From assembly GCA_963823555.1 (NCBI GenBank), contig CAWGMA010000001.1, forward strand, positions 1,376,001 to 1,440,000: a stretch of 64,000 nt of DNA, given 5' to 3'. The notes under the pieces were generated by a model. The model made no database searches and had not been told where the DNA came from. It saw nothing but the letters and a program-made list of their open reading frames with translations. How positions within the stretch are numbered: position 1 is the stretch's first letter; every line of letters starts with the position of its first letter. Source of the stretch: Candidatus Eiseniibacteriota bacterium. Its GTDB lineage: Bacteria; Eisenbacteria; RBG-16-71-46; CAVPCR01. This document shows, in pieces, positions 57,690 through 64,000 of this stretch. The position numbers were made by a program, and so were the translations under genes.

Positions 57690-58645
57690 GGCTGGCCCTC
57701 CGGGTACGGGGTCAGGATCTCGTCTTCCTCGGCCCGAGCGGAATCGCTCTCCTCCGCTTCCATCAGAAGAGCGGGCTCGTCCTCCTCGATCTCCATCGTC
57801 GGGTCGGTGGTTTCGATCCCGGTTTCCTCCTCGGTCTCGCCCTCGCTGCGAGCCGGGGGTGCGGCCGGGTCGGCTGCAACCGGTGAGCCGCCGCCTTCGG
57901 CCAGTCGCTCCCGGGCGAAGAGCCAGATCTCCCCGAACTCCTCATACTGTCGCGCCGAGACCTCGCCGAGCCGGATCAGCTCGAGGAGCGCCATGAACGT
58001 GGCGATGATCTCGATCCGGGTGTGGCAGCGCTCCACGACCTCGATGAAGCGTACCTGGCCCCAGCCCTGGCCCAGAGCGGTGCGGATCTCGACCATCTTC
58101 TCTTCCATCGTGACGGGCGGCAGCACGACCTCGTGCACCGCCTCGCCGCCGCGGCGAGAGAGAGCCTCGCGCATGGCATCGATGAGCTGGAAGAGGGAGA
58201 TGGGCTTGAGCGGGAGCGGCTCGCTGGACTCCACCCGGGGCAGAAAGCCCTTGCTGCGGCTGCGTGCGCGCCGCTCCTCCTGCTCGCGCAGGGTGAGTGA
58301 AACCTCCTTGAACTTGCGGTACTCGAGGAGGCGCTGGACGAGTTCGGCACGTGGATCCCCGCCCTCCTCCGGGGTTTCGAGTGGACTTGGCGGCAGGAGG
58401 AGGCGCGCCTTGATCCGCATCAAGGAGGCGGCCATGACCAGGAAATCCCCGGCGACCTCGAGGTCGAGGAGCTGCATGGCCTGGATCATGTCCAGATACT
58501 GGCGCGTGATACGTGCGATGGGGATATCGTAGATATCGATCTCATCGCGCTTGATGAGATGGAGAAGCAGGTCGAGCGGGCCCTCGAACGAGGCGAGCTT
58601 GAAGCGCAGGGCTTCACGGCTGGTGGCGCGGAGGTCGATCGTCAT
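57686..58645 (-). CDS. scpA: Segregation/condensation protein ScpA
   Basis: [25 protein letters not shown] and FMALLELIR motifs. Confidence 0.95.
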   Translation of the reverse strand: MTIDLRATSREALRFKLASFEGPLDLLLHLIKRDEIDIYDIPIARITRQYLDMIQAMQLLDLEVAGDFLVMAASLMRIKARLLLPPSPLETPEEGGDPRAELVQRLLEYRKFKEVSLTLREQEERRARSRSKGFLPRVESSEPLPLKPISLFQLIDAMREALSRRGGEAVHEVVLPPVTMEEKMVEIRTALGQGWGQVRFIEVVERCHTRIEIIATFMALLELIRLGEVSARQYEEFGEIWLFARERLAEGGGSPVAADPAAPPARSEGETEEETGIETTDPTMEIEEDEPALLMEAEESDSARAEEDEILTPYPEGQP

Positions 58646-58737
58646 CGGCCGCCCATCCTAGCCGCGCGTCTCGAGCCGGCGCAAGTCAAGAGTCGAGGTG
58701 GACGCATTCCGGGAACGGAACCTTGGACCCGAGCCGT

Positions 58738-59382
58738 TCACAGGAGCCCCCCGCTCATCCAGTGCCGCAGCGTGAGCACGATGGGCATCATGACGGTGCC
58801 GATCACGCTCACGCCGATCACACGCCCGGACACGAGGACCAGGAGGAGGAGAATCGGCCCCAGCGCGTCGAGACGGGCGAGCCGGGCCGCACCGGCCGGG
58901 GAGAGGAGCCCCTTGACCACGCGCGAGCCATCCAGCGGATGGAGTGGGAGCAGGTTGAACACGGCCAGGGCCAGGTTCAGGTGGATTCCGATGGCGAGGA
59001 GGTTCAACGCGGGATCCGCCGCCGGGCCGAGCAGGGCAAGGAGCTCCGGGGTCGCCGCCACGAACTGCATGAGGAGCCCGGACGCGAGCGCTGTCAGGAA
59101 GTTGGCTCCTGGGCCCGCAGCGGCGATCCACAGCCCGTCTCGATGCGGATTGGCGAGATTCCCCTCGTTGACCGGGACCGGTCGGGCCCAACCGAAGCCG
59201 GCGACGACGACCATGAGCGTGCCCACGGGGTCGAGGTGGCGGAGCGGATTGAGCGTGACGCGGCCGAGATCGCGGGCGGTCGGGTCGCCGAGCTTCATGG
59301 CGACCCAGGCATGCGACATCTCATGGAACGAGAGCGCGAACAGCATGACTGGGATCAGATAGATGAGGTAGCCCGGGTCCAT
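58738..59382 (-). CDS. Site-2 protease (M50 family)
   Basis: HEMSH, GDPTA, GWARPVP, AAGPGAN and [11 protein letters not shown] motifs. Confidence 0.93.
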   Translation of the reverse strand: MDPGYLIYLIPVMLFALSFHEMSHAWVAMKLGDPTARDLGRVTLNPLRHLDPVGTLMVVVAGFGWARPVPVNEGNLANPHRDGLWIAAAGPGANFLTALASGLLMQFVAATPELLALLGPAADPALNLLAIGIHLNLALAVFNLLPLHPLDGSRVVKGLLSPAGAARLARLDALGPILLLLVLVSGRVIGVSVIGTVMMPIVLTLRHWMSGGLL

Positions 59383-59384
59383 CG

Positions 59385-60713
59385 CTAGGACACCTCCGCG
59401 CCGGGCGGAGCCTGGTCGGACTCCGCTCCCGTGCTGGGCAGGACAATGGTCACCGAGGGTCGATCGAGCCAGGACTGGGCGGCCCGTTGCACCGTTGCCA
59501 CCGTGACCCGGTCGAGAGCCTCGAGAAAGCGGTCGCCGAAGTCGAAACCCAGGCCGAGAAGCTCATTCAGGCCATAGGCGGCAGCGCGATGGGCATTGCG
59601 CTCGAGGGCCATGAGCTGACTGCCACAGAGGAAGTTGCGTGTCCGGACGAGTTCTTCCTCGGTGGGTCCCTCGTCGCGAAGGCGCGCGACCTCGGCGAGC
59701 AGCGCCGATTGGGCCCCCTCGACCTGTCCGCCGCGGGTGCCCATGTAGGCTGCGATGAATGCCGGTCCCATGTACCCGGCATAGAGAGCCCCGATCTCGT
59801 AGGCCAGCGCGCGCTTGTCACGGAGTTCGGTGAAGAGCCGCGAATCCATGGCCCCGCCGAGCACCGTGGCGAAGACGGCCATGGCCGCCGCATCGGGGTG
59901 GCCAAGAGGGGGTGCCGGGAAGCCGGCGACGATCTTCGCCGTTCTGACATCGCGATGTTCGAGCCGCTCGGATCCCCGCTCGAATTCGGCCGGGGACCCC
60001 GGCGGCGGCGGGGGGAATTCCCGCCGCAAGGAGGCCAGGCCTTGGTCGAGCCGGGCGGCGACGCGGTCGAGATCCATGCGCCCGACGACGGCCGCCACCA
60101 TGTTGGGAGCCGTGACCATGCGTTCGTAGAAGCCGACGACATCGCTCCGGCGGAGCTGCTTGATGGTGTTCTCGTACCCGTTGGTCGGTCTGTGATAGGG
60201 ATGCGACCCGTAGAAGAGCTCGTGGAAGAGATCGAAGGCGAGGCCGAGCAGCTGGTCCTTGCGCGCCCGGATGCGAGCGAGGGCCGACTGGCGTTCGGTC
60301 TCGAATTCGGCTTCCGGAAAGGTGGGCTGGGTGACGGCCTCGATGAGCAGATCGAGGCATGGGTCGAAGACTTCACGGGCACAGAGGAGGGAGATCGTGG
60401 CCGCTTCCTTGTTGCTGCTCGTCGTCAACCGTCCCCCAAGGGACTCGAGATCCGTGGCCAGGCGCGCGGCGCTCCGGCGCTCGGTGCCCTTCAATAGCAG
60501 GCGGGTGACGAGGCTCGAGATCCCCGCTTCGCTATCACGCTCCTCGGCGCTCCCCATGCGTACGTGAAGCTTGATGGCGACGAGGTCGTTCTCCACATCG
60601 TCGCGACCGACGAGCGTGATTCCGGCGGGCAGGAGCCGGCGTTCGACGCCGAGTGCGTCCTCCACCCGCGGTACGCGCCCGGGAGGACCCAGGGTCGGGA
60701 GGGGGCCGGTCAT
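59385..60713 (-). CDS. M16 family peptidase, non-catalytic subunit
   Basis: M16-type sequence (KGT..RSA, HPYHRP, SRLFTELRDKRALAY) without the HxxEH motif. Confidence 0.88.
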   Translation of the reverse strand: MTGPLPTLGPPGRVPRVEDALGVERRLLPAGITLVGRDDVENDLVAIKLHVRMGSAEERDSEAGISSLVTRLLLKGTERRSAARLATDLESLGGRLTTSSNKEAATISLLCAREVFDPCLDLLIEAVTQPTFPEAEFETERQSALARIRARKDQLLGLAFDLFHELFYGSHPYHRPTNGYENTIKQLRRSDVVGFYERMVTAPNMVAAVVGRMDLDRVAARLDQGLASLRREFPPPPPGSPAEFERGSERLEHRDVRTAKIVAGFPAPPLGHPDAAAMAVFATVLGGAMDSRLFTELRDKRALAYEIGALYAGYMGPAFIAAYMGTRGGQVEGAQSALLAEVARLRDEGPTEEELVRTRNFLCGSQLMALERNAHRAAAYGLNELLGLGFDFGDRFLEALDRVTVATVQRAAQSWLDRPSVTIVLPSTGAESDQAPPGAEVS

Positions 60714-62050
60714 CAACCGATTCTCCGCAGGGTGTCCGCCTCCACCGCCGCCGGGCGCTGGATGCGAAGGGGGCTGTCCGCGGGAGCGATGACCACCACG
60801 ACGGCGTGATCGAGCGAGAGCCAGTGGCGAGCGGCCTCGCGCAACGCCTCCGCGGACACTCGCTCGAGTGAAGGGACGTATTCGAGAGCATCTTCGGCCG
60901 CCCGGGCGACATGGAACTGGCCGAGCGTGGCGCTGACATCGCCCGGCGTCTCGGTTGCGAAGCGAAAGTCCGCGATCGCCACGGTCCGCGCGCGGTCGAG
61001 CTCTTCCTGGCTCACCAGCTCGCGCCCGAGCCGGGCGATCGCCGTCTCGATCTCGCCCCGGACCTGACCCTCGCGATCCGGCTCGCAACCGGCGCTGACA
61101 ACCAGCATGCCGCCTGCACTCAGATCCCAGGTCCAGGCCGAGATCGCCGTGACGATGCCGAGCTCTTCGCGGAGGCGCTGGACCAGGCGCGAGCTGCGGC
61201 CGCGTCCGAGCACGGCGGCAGCCATCTCGAGCGCGTAGGATTCCTCGAGCGCGGCGAGTCCGGGGGTGCGAAACCCGATCATGAGATAGGTGTGGCGGAC
61301 ATCCCGGCCGATGCGTCGTTCGCGGCGCGGGAGCGGGGTCCAGGAGCTCGCCGAAACCGCGTTCAACGGTCCATCCCCGACCTCGCCCAGGGCCCGACTC
61401 GCGCGCTTCACCACGTCATCCCGGGACACGCGTCCGGTCACGACCAGACAGAGATTGGGCGCCGTGTAACGCTGGCGCAGGTAGTTCACGAAGGCCTGTT
61501 GATCGATCCGCTCGAGCGAGTCGCGCGCGCCCAGGATGGGGTGCGCATAGGGTGTGCCGTTGCCGATCTCGGCCTGGAATTCGACGAACAGCTTGCCTTG
61601 CGGCGTGTCGTCCTTGCGGCTGATCTCCTCGAGGATGACCTCGCGCTCACGCTCGATCTCGGCTGGATCGAAGCGGGAGTGGAGGAGAGCATCGGCGAGC
61701 ACGTCGAGTGCCAGCGGGTAGTTCTCGGCAGGGACGCTGGCGAAGTAGTTCGTGTATTCGACCGACGTGGCAGCATTGTTGTGTCCGCCAAGACCCTTGA
61801 TCACTCGGTCCATATCGCCCGGACCGTAGAGCGTGGTCCCCTTGAAGTACATATGCTCGAGGAAGTGCGAGATCCCGGCGAGCTCCGCCGGTTCATGCGC
61901 GGACCCCGTGCGGCACCAGATGGCGACGTTGGCCGTGGACGAGTGGGGCATCTCGCGCACGAGCAGCGTGAGCCCATTCCCGAGGCGGGTGCGATGGAAG
62001 GGGGAAAGGCTCGACGGGCGGTCACCGCCGATGGTCTCGAACAGGGTCAT
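60713..62050 (-). CDS. M16 family zinc peptidase, catalytic subunit
   Basis: GISHFLEHMYFKGT, NAAT, EREVILEE and SSRL motifs. Confidence 0.92.
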   Translation of the reverse strand: MTLFETIGGDRPSSLSPFHRTRLGNGLTLLVREMPHSSTANVAIWCRTGSAHEPAELAGISHFLEHMYFKGTTLYGPGDMDRVIKGLGGHNNAATSVEYTNYFASVPAENYPLALDVLADALLHSRFDPAEIEREREVILEEISRKDDTPQGKLFVEFQAEIGNGTPYAHPILGARDSLERIDQQAFVNYLRQRYTAPNLCLVVTGRVSRDDVVKRASRALGEVGDGPLNAVSASSWTPLPRRERRIGRDVRHTYLMIGFRTPGLAALEESYALEMAAAVLGRGRSSRLVQRLREELGIVTAISAWTWDLSAGGMLVVSAGCEPDREGQVRGEIETAIARLGRELVSQEELDRARTVAIADFRFATETPGDVSATLGQFHVARAAEDALEYVPSLERVSAEALREAARHWLSLDHAVVVVIAPADSPLRIQRPAAVEADTLRRIG

Positions 62051-62142
62051 GGTCCTCGGGGGGGCGGGAGTGCCGTGTGTCCAAACGTGCGCGGAGCCTA
62101 CCCGACCAGGTGCACCGATGCAAGGCGAGGAGTATCTCCCGG

Positions 62143-63778
62143 TCAGTCACCGGGAGCGATGACGACGGGAAGCTCGACCGCATGCACCCAGGTCACCGTC
62201 GGCTCGCGCGCGAGCTGGGCTCTGGCCGCATCGGGGAGCGGCGAGTCGATGTTGATCACGGTCAACGCATCCCTCGCCGCGCTCGCCGCGGCGGCCCCAT
62301 GTCAGAAATCCGATGTTGATCTGGTGCTCGCCGAGAATCGTGCCGATGCGCCCGACGACGCCGGGCACATCCTTGTTCTTGAGCAGGATCATGGCCCCGG
62401 CGGGACTGGCATCGATGGAGTAGTCATCGACCGCGGTCAAGCGGTAGCTCAGATCGCGCCGCAGGGTCCCGCAGACGGTATGGTGCGTGCCTTCGCTCTC
62501 GACCTCGATCGCGACCAGACTCGTGAACTCGCCGGCATCGTCAGCCCGGGTGTGCTCGACCTGGACATGGCGTTCCTTCAAGATGGCGCGGCAGTTCACG
62601 TAGTTCGCGCGATCGCCGAACGTGGGGGAAAGCAACCCCTTGTAGATCCCGAGGGCCAGCACCTCGGTGTCGAGATCGGCTACATCCCCGGCGAATCGGA
62701 CCCGCACCGAGCGCATGGGGCCCTCGGCGAGCTGGGCCTGCATCGCGCCCAGGCGCTCACCGAGGCGGAGGAAGGGCCAGGCCCGCTCCATGAGCTCGGG
62801 GGGCAGGGACGGCAGGTTGACGGCATTGCGCGCCGGGTGACCCTGGAGATAGTCCCGCAGCTGCTCGGCGACGGTGAGCGCCACGAGCTCCTGGGCCTCG
62901 CGCGTCGAGGCCCCGAGGTGGGGCGTGACGATGACGTCATCGCGGTGGAGGAGCGGATGGTCCGCCGGCGGGGGTTCGGTCTCGAACACGTCGAGGGCCG
63001 CTCCTGCCACGCGCCCGGCTTCGAGAGCGGCGTGGAGCGCCGCTTCATCGACGATCCCGCCGCGGGACACGTTGACGATGAGGACGCCGGGTTTCATCTG
63101 GGCAAGGGCCCCCGCGTCGATCAGATGGCGCGTGGTCGTGGTGAGCGGCAAGTGGAACGTGATGATATCCGCGGTCGCGAGCACGGCGTCGAAGCCCATC
63201 ATCTCGGCGTCGGGGATCTCGAGCTCGCGCGGGGCGAGGAAGGGATCGTGGATCGCGAGCCGCATGCCGAAGGCCGAGGCCCGGCGTCCGACCTCGCGTC
63301 CGATGCGACCGTAACCGATGAGACCCAGGGTCTTGCCGCGAAGCTCGACTCCGAGGAAGCGACCGCGCTGCCACTCCCCCGCCTTGAGCGAGCGATCCGC
63401 GGATGGGATCCGGCGCGCGAGCGCCAGCATCAGGGCCATGGTGTGCTCGGTGGCGGCGATCGTGTTCCCGCTCGGGGCGTTCATGACGACGATGCCGCGG
63501 GCGGTGGCCGCCTCGACATCGACATTGTCGACGCCCGTGCCGGCGCGAGCGATCACCTTGAGATGGGCGCCGGCCTCGATCACGGCCCGCGTCACCCGTG
63601 TCCCGCTGCGGACGATGAGGGCTTCGCAGTCGGCGATCTCGCGGAGGAGCTCTTCGCCCTCGAGGCCGGGGTGATAGCGGACCTCGATCGCGGGCTCGGT
63701 GCGGAGCAGCTCGAGGCACTCGGGGACGACCGTATCGGTGATGAGAACCGGGGAACGGTGGGGGCTGGCGCCTGTCAT
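62143..63778 (-). CDS. serA: D-3-phosphoglycerate dehydrogenase, frameshift in the ACT domain near 62272
   Basis: RAGTGVDNVD, GYGRIG, DVFETEP and TPHLGAST motifs. The ACT domain continues in another frame as DALTVINIDSPLP...VELP, stopping at 62143. Confidence 0.95.
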
Positions 63779-63832
63779 CGTCGGCCTCCTCGACGGCGGC
63801 GGGAACGGACCGCGTGGATCACGCCGGGCGCA

Positions 63833-63871
63833 TAAAAGCCCGGAACCCTTCTCTTACAATGGGTTCCGGGC
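63833..63871 (-). terminator. Rho-independent terminator after tRNA-Ala
   Basis: GCCCGGAACCC-N12-GGGTTCCGGGC followed by TTTT on the minus strand. Confidence 0.8.
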
Positions 63872-63885
63872 CTCGGTTCGACTGG

Positions 63886-63961
63886 TGGTGGAGCTGACGG
63901 GGATCGAACCCGTGACCTCTTGTCTGCCAGACAAGCGCTCTCCCATCTGAGCTACAGCCCC
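63886..63961 (-). tRNA. tRNA-Ala(GGC)
   Basis: GGGGCTGTAGCTCAG...CTTGT-CTGGCAG-ACAAG...GGTTCGATCC...AGCTCCACCA; G3:U70 identity pair. Confidence 0.97.
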
Positions 63962-64000
63962 ACTCGAAGTCTTCGGGAGCGAGCGAGCGACGGTAGCCGG

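Noticed and set aside
60911..63835. 974-aa plus-strand ORF (and similar ones such as 32457-34418 and 22633-24081)
   Set aside because: Antisense shadows of serA/M16, mutL and the sigma factor gene.
63883..63888. Genomic CCACCA after tRNA-Ala as a degradation tag
   Set aside because: A single extra CCA in the trailer is easily chance and would be removed by normal 3' processing.

Overview
High-GC bacterial chromosome segment, almost entirely coded on the minus strand and mostly housekeeping genes. In minus-strand order it carries tRNA-Ala, serA, an M16 peptidase pair, a site-2 protease, scpAB, rluB, hisC, aroA, a cmk-plsC fusion, rpsA, a TPR-SPOR protein, mutS, mutL, miaA, tRNA-Gly, a DUF512 radical SAM protein, der, merR, tRNA-Pro, surE, pcm, a second tRNA-Pro, an RpoS-like sigma factor, apt, tRNA-Arg, tRNA-Val, infC-rpmI-rplT, zapB-zapA-6S RNA, ymdB, folD, xseAB, ispA, dxs, nadK and partial recN. 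Two C-terminal export signatures (PNPFN/FlgD-type domain and a TWGxIK tail) suggest an Eisenbacteria/Latescibacteria-like FCB-group lineage; this is inference. The most interesting element is a stand-alone two-gene cassette between apt and tRNA-Arg: a 56-aa Pup/UBact-like protein ending QLAGE, followed by a divergent PafA-type ligase, with no proteasome, ARC ATPase or Dop genes in the window. Other accessory content: a translationally coupled SpoIVB peptidase / beta-propeller / HisKA-only / degenerate GGDEF operon, an aeRF1/Balon-like protein with a long leader, a NYN protein with RDERMV repeats, and a ~1435-aa SGNH surface protein. rpsA, mutS and serA each carry a single-base frameshift, most likely sequencing or assembly indels. 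No CRISPR array, integrase or transposase was seen. All family calls come from motif recognition by eye, not database searches.
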